Below, piece by piece: positions 1-14,440 of a stretch of DNA of 64,000 nt. Position 1 is the stretch's first letter. Every line of letters starts with the position of its first letter. This DNA comes from the human T2T-CHM13v2.0 reference genome, Homo sapiens. Both the position numbers and the translations under genes were made by a program. Location of the stretch: NCBI RefSeq assembly GCF_009914755.1, contig NC_060926.1; one strand, given 5' to 3'. A model generated the notes under the pieces. That model saw only the letters and a list, made by a program, of their open reading frames with translations. It searched no databases and had not been told where the DNA came from.

Positions 1-1244
1 AAACTTTCTCCCTTCCTCTGGCATTGAAATTACTGTTAGAAATGAATGAGTTCTGCTTTTATAGAGTACTACTCATTAAGTTCCTCGGTCCTTTCCTAGA
101 AAGAACCACAGAGACAAATAGTGTTCTAATTTTTATCTTTACTTTTTACTAAACTATTTGCATAGGTACATAGGTTTCAAGAAGATTGCTCAAATGAATA
201 TTTATTTTCTTACAGAGAAACATCTGTGAAACTGATCATCTTTCACTCTAAATAAATAAATAATCATAATTGGTATCTGTTTGAGAGCTCATGTGCAAAC
301 TGTTCCTATAATTGTGCCACTCATTTACAGGCACAACAGAGAGAATCAGAACATAATCCTGCACCCTACTTATTTGCATTAATTGTGATCAATTGTCACA
401 GTTTGTTTATAAGACTGAATAATTTTTAATTCTAAAATAATTATGCTGATTATCAAATGATTCTGTATGATTTAGTTTTTAGAACATGTTTAATACAATC
501 ATTGCATTCTCAGATGTTTAACTACAGGGCTGTTTATTTCACTGTATTTGCTTTACGTCCAAGAACTGAGAGGTTTTTCCAAGTCATTCTGTCAAGAGTT
601 CATTAGAAAAATAAACTAAAGTGAATATATGCTGTGCTTTTTAGGTGTAATAAACATTAAGATATAGGAATGTAACATTGGAGCTCATACACACACAAAT
701 CCCAGCTTGCAGCAGATCAACTTCCTGTGTCTGATGGTGAAGGATCCCACTCATCCTTCAACCCTACTCAATTCAACCTTGGTCCTAAAAATAATTAATC
801 ATTCTCTTTTATATTCTTCCAAAGTACTTTGTGTCTCCATTGTCACATTTTTCCTTGACTACCTTTAAGTTAGGGAAGTCCTTCTCCTCAAATTGACCTT
901 AAACCCATGGAATTCAAGATCTCATTAATGACTTTTTTCCCCTGACATAAACTAAAGAAAAATAGCTGGTTTACCACATTATACTGGATTCCTGTTCAGA
1001 AAATAATTCACTCCCCTCCTCCTCCCACTGTGGATGGAATATCCTCCCCTACCCCTTGAGTTTGGTTGGTCAACTAACTTGCTTTGACCAATGGGATGGA
1101 CTGGACATGACAGCAGCTGAGGCTTAAAATGTGCTTGCTCAGCAGGGCTCACCAGCCTGAACTCCCACCATCATCATGAAAAGGACATGCCCCAGGTAGC
1201 ATATGGTTGAAGGAGGACTGACTTGCAGATCAGATCTGAATTCA

Positions 1245-1630
<386 letters not shown>

Positions 1631-1983
1631 TGCAGCCACAAAAAAGAACGAGATCATGTTCTGTGCAGGGACATGGATGGGGCTGGAGGCCATTATCCTT
1701 AGCAAACTAACACAGGAACAGAAAACCAAATACTGCACGTTCTCACTTATAAGTGGGAGCTAAATGATGAGAACACATGGACACATAGAGGGGAAAAACA
1801 GTCACTGGGGACTTTTGGAGAGTGGAGGGTGGGAGGAGGGAGAGGATCAGGAAAAATAACTAAAGGGTATAGGCTTAATACCTGGTTGATGAAATAAACT
1901 GTACAACAAACCCCCATGACACAAGTTTGCCTGTGTAATAAACCTGCACTTGTACCCCTGAACTTAAAAGTTAAATAAAAAAG
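1631..1983 (+). mobile_element. L1 3' end (older L1PA, about L1PA13-16)
   Basis: 'ttctcacttataagtgggagctaaatgatgagaacacatggacac...aggatcaggaaaaataact...cccctgaacttaaaagtt' followed by an A-rich tail. Confidence 0.9.
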
Positions 1984-2424
1984 AAAACAAATGTTGTTCT
2001 AAGCCCCAGAATTTTGGTGTGGTTTGATCTTCAGTAATAGCTGACCGATACACCTGCTTTATAAACATGGAACTTTATTCTCCATGAATATGGCTTGGTT
2101 AAATCACATTTTGGAAGAACTGCCAAAATAAAGCAGCTCCGCTTCTCCTGTCATAAGCACAGTGCTAAATTGAGTTTGGATGGCTTTCCTCTAATAGAAT
2201 TATTTTACACTTGCCCACATCAAAGCTAATGTTTCTCCTTGCTGCCCACTCAGTCTTTCAAGATTTTCCTGTGAGTTATCCTCAGCACTCTGGTGCACTA
2301 CTCTTCAGAATAGCTGGAGCTATCTGCAGACATGCCACTCTACCCTGCCTTCTAGAACCACATCCTTTTTAGCATGGAATTTCTTTTTCTTTTGAGAGTG
2401 GTCTGGGAACCACCGGCGGCACAA

Positions 2425-2572
2425 GCATTTAGAACTGCTGTTAAAATTACCAATTGCTGGGCCCACTCCAGACCTACTGAGTCAGAATCCCTGGGGTGGG
2501 ATCCAAGATTTTACATTTTTAACCAGCTCCCTAGGAAATTCTTATATTACAACCAGGTTTGCGAAACCCTGA
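2425..2572. mobile_element. MER5-like hAT-Charlie DNA transposon fossil
   Basis: 'ctgggcccactccagacctactgagtcagaatccctggggtggg...ttttaaccagctccctagg' matches the MER5A/B core. Confidence 0.75.
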
Positions 2573-3203
2573 TTTATGAATATGCTAACTAACCAGATCC
2601 TAAGCCAATACCTAATCCTAGAGGATTTCGATGATTATCCACCATCATCTAGAAATGCATTTGTTTATTCCTAATTTTTGTTTTCTATGTGTTCATTTTC
2701 TGTCTACTTCAACACGTTTTCTTCTCTTCATTTTTCATCACATGAAAGGTCAATTTTTTAAAAAAGTACTCTTGGTACAGAATATTTTCAAAGCCTTTGT
2801 CTGAACAAGAGAAGAAGTTGCAAAATTCTGAGCAAGCACCAGGAAAAATCATCTTTGATCAGTTGGTTGTAACCTACAACATGCTACAGAAGGGCCAGAC
2901 GAAACCGGGAGCTTAGGCCTGGGGGTGATCAGCCAGGAACACCCAGTCCTAGCAGACCAGGCTCCTAGAACTTTCAGCCAATAAAGCTTATGGTCGCCCC
3001 CCGCAAAAAAGGATAACCTAAATAAGTTATTTCAGTGGTTATTCTTTACTAAGAAATGCATATATTCTCTCAAAAATGTGATACTTGGGTTAGTCAGGTA
3101 TTTTCCATATAGAAACCACACTCTCCGTTCCTCAAAGTGTTGTCCTTGCACTTTTAACTTTTTAAACTTATTAACAAATTTTTATATTAAAATATTTAAT
3201 TGT

Positions 3204-3817
3204 GGCTGGGCACAGTGGCTTACACCTGAAATCTCAGCACTCTGGGAGGCTGAGGCGGGAGGATCACCTGAGGTCAGGAATTAAAGACCAGCCTGGTCAA
3301 CATGGTGAAACCCTGTCTCTACTAAAAATACAAAAATTAGCAGCTGGGCATGGTGCTCATGCCTGTAATCCCAGCACTCTGGGAGGCCGAGGTGGGCAGA
3401 TCACGAGGTCAGGAGATTGAGACCATCCTGGCTAACATGGTGAAACCCCGTCTCTACTAAAAATACAAAAAAACTAGCCAGGGGTGGTGGCGGGCGCCTG
3501 TAGCCCCAGCTACTTAGGAGGCTGAGGCAGGAGAATAGGGTGAACCTGGGAGGCAGAGCTTGCAGTGAGCCGAGATGGTGCCACTGCACTCCAGCCAGGG
3601 CGACAGAGTGAGACTCTGTCTCAAAAAACAAAAAACAAAAAACAAACAAAAAAATTAGCCAGGCGTGGTGGTGTGCGCCTGTAATCCTAGCTACTCAGGA
3701 GGCTGAGGTAGGAGAATGGCTTGAACCCAGGAGGTAGAGGTTACAGTAAGCTGAGACCACATCATTGCCTAGCCTGGGCAACAAGAGTAAAACTCCGTCT
3801 CAAGAAAAAAAAAAAAA
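3204..3817 (+). mobile_element. AluS (Sq/Sp-like) with a younger Alu inserted in its middle linker
   Basis: Left arm 3204-3341 and right arm ~3650-3817 ending 'gggcaacaagagtaaaactccgtctc'. Confidence 0.9.
3342..3650 (+). mobile_element. AluY-like, nested
   Basis: 'gatcacgaggtcaggagattgagaccatcctggctaac' and 'gagcttgcagtgagccgag'; flanked by duplicated 'aaaaattagc'. Confidence 0.9.
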
Positions 3818-4114
3818 TTAAATTGACAGATAAAAGTAGTGTATATAATTCAAGGTATACAATGTGATCACCTGACATATGTATATATTGTGTAAAGATG
3901 ATCACAATAAAATTAACGTGTCTGTCACTACCCATAGTTATCATGTTCTGTGAGTTTGTATACATGTACAGTTAAGACACTTAAAATCTGCTCTCTCATC
4001 AAATTTCAAGTAAGCAGTGCAGCATTATGAATAGTCACCATGCTGTACACTAGGTCCCCAGAACGTATCCATCTTATAACTGAAAGTTTGTACCCTTAAC
4101 CAACAGCTCCCCCT
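3818..4114 (-). mobile_element. L1MA-type 3' end fragment
   Basis: 'atagtcaccatgctgtacactaggtccccagaac...tcttataactgaaagtttgtaccctt' is antisense L1MA 3' UTR. Confidence 0.8.
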
Positions 4115-4419
4115 TTGAATTTAGTGATTCTCTCCTTTGTGGAGAGAATCAGAGGGCTTCAGATGGAAGTGACTCACAAATCCAAATTCTTTAGGTTTCT
4201 TATGGAAAGAAATCATACTGGTAACAGACCAGATTTTCAGCAATGTTGCCAGTTAAATGATGGGTTTTGGTCAACAGCTCCAAAATTGATGTTGCCACTG
4301 ACTCTGTTTCATGTGCAGCTTCCAACATTGCCAATTCAAAAGATATGTTGATCCTTTCAATGTAAGAACTCATGCAAACTTACATGTAGGCTCTTTCTAT
4401 GGTAATACGATATGGGGAG

Positions 4420-4595
4420 TAGAGAAGTGGCCAAGAACAAGGGCTTTAGAGCCAAACTACCTGGATTTGATCCTGGTCACTCTCTGTGTTTCAGTTTCCC
4501 CCACTACATAAATGAGGGTAATAACCTACCACACAGACCTGTGTATAAGATGGGTTATACACTTAAAATAAATGGTTAAATAATGTCTCATGCAC
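4420..4595 (+). mobile_element. MIR SINE fragment
   Basis: 'ggctttagagccaaactacctggatttgatcctgg...tctctgtgtttcagtttccc...taaatgagggtaataacctacc'. Confidence 0.7.
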
Positions 4596-7500
4596 TAGAA
4601 GAGGCCAAGACTTGAAAGTTGTTATCATTCTTCTGAAATTCTGGAGTGTATTCTTGGCACTGTTATAAAGCTTTGGTTGAGCTGCTCTGTACTTAACCAC
4701 TTCCTCTTTTTGTTTTCTTATCTTGAAACGCATCATACATAACAAAAGAATGGACATAATTAATGTATATGTACCTTGTAGAGAATAACAGTAAAATAAA
4801 TATTTGTGTACCCAAACAGCGTAAGGTACAAAGTTATAACAATAAATGTCCAGAGCCACTGTGCTCTTCAATTATCTCATCAAACCCCCTTCACCATCCT
4901 AATTGGTGTTTTTGTCATTCTTTTGCTTTTCTTTATAGTTTTACTATATATTTGTTCATCACTATTTTTAAAGAAACTTTGCAAGTTGCTCAAAAATTCT
5001 CTTATGGCCTATTTTCTTGTTTACACTCCCCATCTGCCACCTTTTTTAGGCTTCCCTGCTCTCCTCAACCAGGGAACTGCTGCAGATTTAGAAAGATGTT
5101 TTAGTCTCCACATTGGCCAAACTGCTTTTCTTCACTGATTAGTTTTTGAAGTCTTCCCCCACACTTCCCCCACCCTTCCCCAAGACCTCATCATTGTGAT
5201 CCTGGGTAGCTAATGATAAATGATTTTAAAGTTTCCAGGTTTTCTTTTAATATCTATACTTTCTATTTTTTTTCCTAAAAGCTGAATTTTACTGCATTTT
5301 CTCTTAAATCTGTCAAAACACGGGGTAGAGTTCTCTGGTTTTGCTGAATTCACTGGAATGGTCCAGCTTCCGGCCAGGGACTGTCCTCTGCAGCACACTA
5401 TTTCATCCATAGATAATGTCCGGGGTGTTTTCTACTTACTGGGGCCAAAATGTGCTGAACTTTTTGGGTTCTGAGTTTCATGTTTCAGAAACAATCATAT
5501 GACCTACGTACATGCCTTACTCCAGCCAAGAGGACTTTTCTCAAACCCTGGATCACTAAAATTCCATTTTCACAGCCTTATCTAATTTTTCAGGTGCATT
5601 TACAGATAATGCCCCACATCACTAGGTCTGGCCCAGTGCCCCACGGTGTGGTCCTGATGTTGGCCCAAATTACTGAGGAAAGGGAATTTCCACATTCCTA
5701 GCTTGTTCCTTTATGCTCTTCATCCTGTGTAAGAACCAGTGTAAAACAATATTTTACAAACATAAAAGGGACCTTTGAAACTTATTTGATGTGTTAGCCT
5801 GCCAAAGGCAAAGTCATCACGAAGTGGACCGAATGAGGTTGTGGTTAAACTTCCTCAATTTTCTCTTCTAAATTAAAATCTAGTGCCAGACACCAAAAGG
5901 TTTCCTCTTCCTGTCCCTCTTTTATTAAGTAGTTACAATGGCAATTAAAAAGACCCCTTTGGTCATTCCACACTACTCTCTACTCCAACCACTTCCTATA
6001 ATCTAATGATGCTATCTTGGCAAACTAATATTATAAAGATTTTTTATTAAAATAAATAGGTTTTAGAAGAAACACTCAATCAAGTATCTCAGTGGATGTG
6101 TTTCCTGCAAAGGCAATGGCAGCACAGAAATTAAAAACTAATTCATCCTTCTAGACAGCTGCCCACCTTGCTCAATAAAGACTCTACTATTCATTCCTTA
6201 TGGCCATTGATTTTTGCAAGTAATAACAGAGGTTGAGAAGAAAAGCGTAAGCTTTTTTACAGATGGATGTTTCTATCATTTGCCAACAGCTTCTGCATTG
6301 TCTATGTAATGGGGAAAATGTAAAAATTTATCTTGTGCTAAAAGGATAACTATTTCAGAGTAAAAGTAATGCTTTTGGGCAATAAAGATAACTATTTCAG
6401 TGTATTATATTTTCTTTTGGGCTATGAAGTCAGATGATGACTGATTTAAACCACACAAATATCAACAGTTAGACTATTCTATTTGTCTCCTCTTTAAGAA
6501 AAAAAAAAGTTTCAGAGAAGAGTTTGCATAATCCCAACCCTAACTCTTCAGCCACTATATAAAGTATCTTAAATAAATATGACTTAGAGATACTGGAAAA
6601 ATATTTGGATTCCTCTGATTTATGATTTTTACATGCAATGTTATAGAGAACACTTCAAAAAATCAGCTGTTGATGTATACGTGATGCTCTGACCCCAAGA
6701 TACAATCAATATTATTTAATGGAGACTAATTTACCCACACGGCAGACCCTTCTTAAACAGGGTATATCCAGAAGTTATTGGGCTAAGTGCGGCAAGAATG
6801 CATGAGTCAGCTGGTGGTTAGCACCCAACTGAGCAGCCCTGGGCCAGATTAGGATGGATACAGCAGATGAAAGAACATGACAGGTTCATGCTCAATTTTC
6901 ATTTGAAATGCATATGCCACAAAGATGTCGCTTCTTTCACAATGGTGGAGCAAACTCTCCATGTTGGAAATGACAAAGAAGGGACAAAAGAAAGATAACA
7001 TGAGGACCTTCTAAGCCATCAGAATATCAGGAAACAGAAGCAGACATAACCATCTACTTGGTGCCTCCATTCCACAGAATCCTCCAAAAGGAAGTCAAGA
7101 AAGTCCATCGTTGCCACAGAGTCCTGAGCAATAATTCACCACTACTGGCAACATCTGATTAGATGAGCTGCTTACTAATCTCAGCCACTGTGGTCTTGCA
7201 GAATTGCAGCTTATCTAGCTTTCCCGTGCTTATGTGATCCAAGGAACCTGATGATGGCTGCATAACACAGGCAAAAAACAGATGGGGAATAAGTTCAAGG
7301 TCTATTCTCTGGGACTGTCACCTTTACCAAAGGTGTCTGATCCCACTGGTGGACCTCCATTCTGGGTCCCTGATAAGTTTATCTGCTGATAAAAGTCCCT
7401 ACATGTACCACCTACTCTTTTCCTTGATGAGGAAGCCAGGAGTGGCAAAAATGACTGAACCAACAATGTCTCCAATGTGCCTGCAGTAGAGCCCCAGGGT

Positions 7501-8479
7501 GGCTCTCTTGTGTTCAATCTATTTTATACAATTATTTTTAAAAACACAAAAATAGACTTGTAGGCTGGGAGAACTATCCATCTAGTCCTTTGGGAGAGTC
7601 TCTCAAGTTAACAGGCTACCATTGTCATGAAAAGGCCTCATGACCAGCCATTCAAGGGCTGCCTGCCCACAACTGCTCTGAAAGACACCCATATTCCAGA
7701 TACTAGAAACACTCTGCTGCGACTGGTACCCGACAAACCAACAATGAGCAATGAGAAGCTGAAGTTTAACATGTTAGCCAATGCCAGGGAACACTGCAAG
7801 TAACCAAAGGGCTTCATCGGGGAAAGAGAACTGAAAGCTTTGCCTGAATTCTGCTTCACAGTCCAATGTGTTCACTGGGCATAAAATAGTAAGGGCTAGG
7901 TAATATGTTCTTTGGGAGTGTGATAGGCAGAGTTCAGCATCATGAAGACCTCACAAAATTCAAATCAAACAAAAGGGCAGAGTCATGCTTTCTTGGCAGT
8001 TGGAGACTGAGAGGTGACATGAATGTCGCATGTTGCTCCTGAGGCATTTTAATCAGTGTCCCCTATGAACTTCCTTTAGCACTGAATAGAAAGGAAAGAG
8101 ATTCTGAAACAGAGCCAATCTGACAACACTGCAACACTCAGTGTATTTGCTGAGCCCAAACTGCTGAGAACATGTGGTGGTTGGATGGAAACCAGACAGT
8201 TAAGCAACGGTCGGGTGAGATGCTGAATGGAAATGAATATAAGCTGGGTGGGTGGACAAAATCCTCTAAGGGCACAATGGCACAGCTTCCATTGCCATGG
8301 CCCAGCCATCAGGTGTGGGGGAAAGCAACAGTTGGACGATCTTAGCCAGTGGAAATGAGACAGCTTCTTTGAGTGGACTCTTTGAAGCCTTCAAGGAAAA
8401 CAGCAGGCAGCTTTGGCCCATGAGCAATAGGCTCTAGAGACAGAGAGTGGTGAAATAACAAGCCAAAGAATAATTTACA

Positions 8480-9130
8480 TGAGCATGGAAGGTCCTGGCT
8501 GTCAAATTGCTTGGGTGAGCCACACAGAGTTCACGTGTTTGACGACAGAATCAGATTCAGAAAGATCTCGGTTAAGCTGGATGGACCAACCCAGCAAAAT
8601 GAAATGTAATAGAGATAAATGGGTATTATATGTAGGTCCAATGATGAAACTCCAAGAACATATATATGAGTGGCAGCTTAGCAGCCCTGTGTGTCTAAAA
8701 CTTAGAAGTTATAGTTGGGAGCCATCAAAGAAGCAAGTTGATGAAAAATTAATTTGATTAATAATGTAAAACAAAGAAGGAGACAACCCTGTTTACAGAC
8801 CAAAGGCTCCAGATGTCATCCATTAGGAAGGTGTTCAAAGAAGAGGAATACAGGAAGTCACTGACAGCATTTATTCCGGGGGTGTGAGAACTCAAGGACA
8901 TAAAGGCTTACATTTTAAAGGGTTATGATGTGGACAAGAGATTGAAGTTATTCTATAAGCCTATTATGGATAAAATGAGAAGCAATGATGGACACTACAG
9001 TTCAATCATTCATTCAACAAATATGTTAAGCTCCTACGATGTGTCAGCCATTGTGCTAGGCAGCCCGATTGGCAGTTAAGGAAAACTTTCGCAATACTCA
9101 AGCTTTCCAGAAATAAACAGGGCTACCTTC
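8480..9130 (+). mobile_element. L3/CR1 LINE remnant, with a short L2 tail at ~9000-9060
   Basis: 'atgaaatgtaatagagataaatgggtattatatgtaggtcc' resembles the CR1 RT C-terminal region; 'tcattcattcaacaaatatgtt' is an L2 3' end. Confidence 0.55.
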
Positions 9131-9730
9131 TGGACACAATTCACACATGGTTGCTGAAGAGAGTAAGGCAAAAGTTGAAATTTCAGTCTTAGACTGGTTG
9201 GAAATGGAATGCATGCATCTTAAGCTCCCCACCTCAGAGAGGTTTACAATCATCTGTGAGTTACACTATGTACCTCTCTTTTTCAGTTCTTCCACATTTC
9301 AAGAGAGATGCTAACCAACTCCACATGGTGTTCAGTAGAAAGCAGCCAAAGCCAACATTGGCAAATTTAAATTGAAATGAATGGCATTTTAAAGAGAATA
9401 CTGGGTTTCCCATAGACTCTCCAGGAGACCTGCAAAAATAGGCTTGAAGACCTCATCATCAGAAAAAAAGCCCAGCCATGCACTGCAGAGCTGGTCTGGG
9501 ACGACGCCTCTGCAGCGAACCATGAGCTCACATCACTGTCAAGGGACACTGGATGGTGCTACAGGAAAACAGCAGCCTGGAAACCAGAAGAAACTGCCAC
9601 CATCATCACCCTCCTCACTGGAAGGGATTCCAAGCATTCTCCAGGTCTTTGTGTCACCAGCCTCCACAAGAAAGTCTGGTGAGGCTGAATCAGACTGGAA
9701 GAGTCTGGGTCACGCTGGGTCATGGCTCTA

Positions 9731-10134
<404 letters not shown>

Positions 10135-11698
10135 CTATAGGTGGGCCCTGCCTCACAAGAAAGGGGATTCTATGAGTACACTAGATGCTGAGTTTCAACA
10201 CCTTAACAAAGACCAAAAACATTCAACATAAGGTGTAGCCATTCTTCTCCCACTACTCATTTAACAAAGCCCAACACTTGAAGACAAAAGGTGAGAAAAT
10301 TAAAGTTAGCAACATAACTTCCCTAACTTGATGAATAGCATTTGCTTCGAAGGATCCTTCTTTAGGAAGAATTCTGATGGTCACAGTCACTCACAAATGG
10401 TTGACATTGACTGGGAATTGTCCCAGTGGGTTTGAGATAAGGCGGCTCTCCCCTGAATGGAACTGACAGGAGGACAAGCTGAGGAGAAACCAGGAGTTTC
10501 AGCTTGTATTACGGCAGATGAGTTTTCAGGTCATTCTGCTGGGAAACTAAGTGACCAGGAATAACTTCCTAGTATCACAGGAGTAAGAGAAACCTCCAGC
10601 AGTCAAGAAATCCACCACACAGTCTCCCCAAGGCCTATATTTCTATATAAAAAAAAAAAAAAAAAAAACATAGCTGGCAGCCCCCTTTCTCCAAAAGCCT
10701 TGAGAGAAAGTCATTTGATAAGTGAGAACTGCAGGTGTTCGGAATGTTCCTTGCTAATGTCTTGTTCTTTCTCTCCATATCCCCCCAATCCCCGGGAGTG
10801 AAAGCAGAGTGGAGTGGAGGGGCTCACCATCTCTTCCATCCATTTCCCTGTGGTTTCCAGAAGACAGTGCTGAGGTCAGAGCCAGGATAACCTCTCTGGC
10901 TACACAGTGACGCATCCACTGGGGCATTCCAGACTCTGGGTGACACTTCATTACGCCAGACTTCCTCCAGGAAGTGTGAGCAGGCTAATCACGCCCCTGG
11001 GCGAGGCGGGCACGTGGAGGGAGAGATTAGCGTTCCCCCACAGCTGTCAAGCTGGGCCCCTCTCATTAACACCCACGACTCTCTTTCTTTCTTTTTTTTT
11101 TTTTTTTTTAGGTCCTTTGACGGCAGCTCGTGTACTTGAAGTATGTCACTGAAAAACGCACAGATGGGATCTACCAGATCATGAGAATGCTTTCACAGCT
11201 TTTGAAAGAGTGCTGGGTTTCTTTCCTTCAGAAGAAAAAAGAAATGCTGTATTCTCAGGTCTACCCATTTTCCACTCTCTTCCTGCTTTAGAAATAAACT
11301 ATTGCAGAAGCCAATGTAGTAATAACCAACAGGGCAATAACTAAAATCTAGATCTTTTGATTTTTTTTTAATGCTAAAGTAGCTAATTGTATCTGCTAAT
11401 CATGTCTTCATAGTTCACAGAGAGGGTACAGCATCTGAAATATATTCAACATTAGCTGCAACCTACTGAAATCCAACATCAGGCCGGGAGGGGAGACAGC
11501 AGGCCAGGCGAGCGAGTGTCTGACAGATTGTGCCCTGAGGGAAGATGTGTCCCAAAGCAGGAGGAAGTTGCTCAGGGAAGGGATCTTTTATCTTGCTATA
11601 AAAGTTCTGGACAAGGGTCTGGGTGCTTTAACATGGAAGCAGTAAGACAATGAGGCCTGGAGGAAGAGGACCAAGAACTGTGAGTCTGTCTCGGATGA

Positions 11699-12166
<468 letters not shown>

Positions 12167-13132
12167 AAACAGTCCTATTTTTAATATAAGTTCCTAGTTC
12201 TGGACTTCCAGGTGGCACCTGCCACACCTACTGCACCCAGTCAGCTTAGGGCTTTCACCAAAAAAATCTGACACCAAGAAAAGCGGGTCCCCAGGAAGCG
12301 GTAAACTACAAGAAATGGACGGGATTTGCAATCTTCCCAGAAAATACCCAACAGCATTTATCTGTAAAGACTTTGCTGCTGATAATATTACAGTACTTCT
12401 TAAATCTCAGCAAAGGCCTTCCATAAAAAGAAGGCATTCACTCAATAAACATTTACTCAGCACCTTCTATGCCCATGTGTCAGCTGTAGAGCTGGAGGGT
12501 GGGGGTGGGAAGAGAGGAGGGAATCTAAGATGATTTGATAGGCTCGCTACTGCATAGAACCCCATCATTTAAAATGCCACTAATACAATCTTGGAAATTA
12601 TGAAGTTTGGGGACTTCACAGGACTTTGACTGATAAGTAATATTGAAAAATAATTACTCAAACATGCCCATTTATCTCCAGCCCAGTACAGCCACTATTG
12701 TGCGTCCTTTCAAGGGACATCAGGGCAGCAGCACAGCTTACCCTGGGGTCCCCCTGGGCACCCCAGCATAAGCAGTGATGTGCTAGACAGCCACCAAAAC
12801 CAAAGTATAACTACAAAACCTTGTTCCAAAGGGTTCTGGGGGAGATTCAGGGGGAAAAGTTACATATTCTTAAAATTTTGATCACTGGTGGATGCACTCA
12901 AAATCCTGCTCTTCTCTGGGAGCGATTTTCATGCTGTTCCTGAAAGCTCAGAAAGAATAGGAAAATTTTATGTTCAGTGATAGATGGGCTAGACAATGGG
13001 AAACCTGCACTGAACCAGACACAAAGGACCTAGCAGAGGTGACGCCTGCCAGGGCTGTGCACCTGTGTTTCCTTAACATCTGCTGGGACCCCATTAGTAA
13101 GTTTCTATGAAAATGAATTAGACTGTGTGCCT

Positions 13133-13730
13133 TCTGGTCTTGCGGGTCAGTCTCTTACCTCAACACCAGTGTCTGAACTGAACAGAGCTTGGCAGATTCT
13201 GATTCCCCCTCCAACCTCTGCCCCAGCCTTAGCCTCTGCACCATCTTCTTGGCTCTGCTCTGGTGTCAGGAGCAGCAAACAGTGCAGTCTGCAGTTAGCA
13301 CCTTGTCACTGCTCAGCCATAAGCCCCTAGACGTGACAGAATTACTCCTCTGAGATTGAGGCTGTAGTTGGCTATCTGGACAACCTGCATCAACTTCCTA
13401 CACCCACAACCCTCTGGACCTAGATTTCTACCCTGACTCTGCAGCCACGTAGGCCCCTTCCCCACAGCAGGTGGAGGAGAGGGCAAGGTCATGTCTGCCC
13501 TCTTCCATCATGTGTGAAACTGGCTGAGAAAAGCGGGGTTGTACCCTCAGCATCCTAGCTCTGAGAAGAACCTGCACCAGCCCTGCTGGATCTACCCATG
13601 CAGACCCCATCCCTGTGATCTCCTGGAGAGCTACTTCCTAGATAAGGAGGTAAAACTCATGGAGAAGATGGGTGCCCACCTGACAATCCTCTGCAGGCCA
13701 GCAGGCCCCCTGGCAGGCTGGGCAAGTTCC
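13133..13730 (+). pseudogene. Processed ferritin light chain (FTL) pseudogene, heavily degraded
   Basis: 5' UTR like FTL ('gcgggtcagtctcttacctcaacaccagtgtctgaactgaacaga'). The start ATG is mutated to ATA at 13319, then reads SP*T*QNYSSEIEAVVGYLDNLH (FTL: [23 protein letters not shown]). ORF 13539-13760 contains EKNLHQ...[31 protein letters not shown] (FTL: EKKLNQ...[32 protein letters not shown]). No introns; stops and frameshifts present. Confidence 0.9.
13151..13186 (+). promoter_or_regulatory. Degenerate iron-responsive element (IRE) relic in the pseudogene 5' UTR
   Basis: CAGTGT loop at 13167-13172 in FTL IRE context; 3-nt insertion before the loop. Confidence 0.75.
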
Positions 13731-13924
13731 CCCAAGAAAATAATTGAAGGCACTTTGTAACCATCTTGGACCCTTCTCTCTTAAGCTGTGGAAAAAGTGC
13801 AGACAATATAGCTTTTTGTTGGAAAAAAACAGCAACCATAAGAAACAGAATTTGACAATTTATCAACTACACCAAGAAGCCACTCTGTGGTCCCTCAAAT
13901 TGATTTAAATACCATAATATGTCA

Positions 13925-14440
13925 TTTAAAATGTGGACTCTGGAACTGGGCTGCCTGAGTTCAAGCCTCTTTGTATCTCAGTTTGTTCTCCTATAAAATA
14001 GGCAATATAAGATTATTCTCCTCATAGGCATTTTGTAATTACAGATTGCACATCCCTAATCTGAAAATCTGAAATCCAAAATGCTCCAAAATCTGAAACT
14101 ATTTGAACACCAACATGACACACAAGGTGAAAATTCTACACACAAGCATTAACACAAACTTTGTTTTGTGCACAAAACTACTAAAATATTGTATAAATCA
14201 CCTTCAGACTATGTGTACAGGCATATATGAAACATAAATGAATTTCATGTATAGACTCAGGAACCATCCCCAAGATATCTCATTATGTCTATGCAAATAT
14301 TCCAAAATTCAAAAAATATATAAAGTCAGAAACACTTCTGGTCCCAAGCATTTCGGGTAAGGGATACTCAATTGGTTTCGGATGGACAGCAAAGTGCCTG
14401 GCATCTACTGAGTGCTCATCTAACCAAGTAAATATGAGCT
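13925..14440 (+). mobile_element. MIR split by a Tigger4 insertion
   Basis: 'tggactctggaactgggctgcctgagttcaag...tctcagtttgttctcctataaaatagg' before the insert; 'aaagtgcctggcatctactgagtgctca' after. Confidence 0.65.
14042..14374 (+). mobile_element. Tigger4/MER46 (TcMar-Tigger) non-autonomous element
   Basis: Degenerate TIRs 'cagattgcacatccctaa' and 'taagggatactcaattg'; internal 'ctgaaaatctgaaatccaaaatgctccaaaatctgaaac'. Confidence 0.85.

Noticed and set aside
10649-10668. Isolated poly(A) run of about 20 nt
   Set aside because: No upstream element or TSD recognised; a simple homopolymer
12742-12939. Minus-strand 198 nt candidate exon (ctttcag acceptor, gtaagc donor)
   Set aside because: Stops in all three frames and no transcript evidence; such pseudo-exons are common
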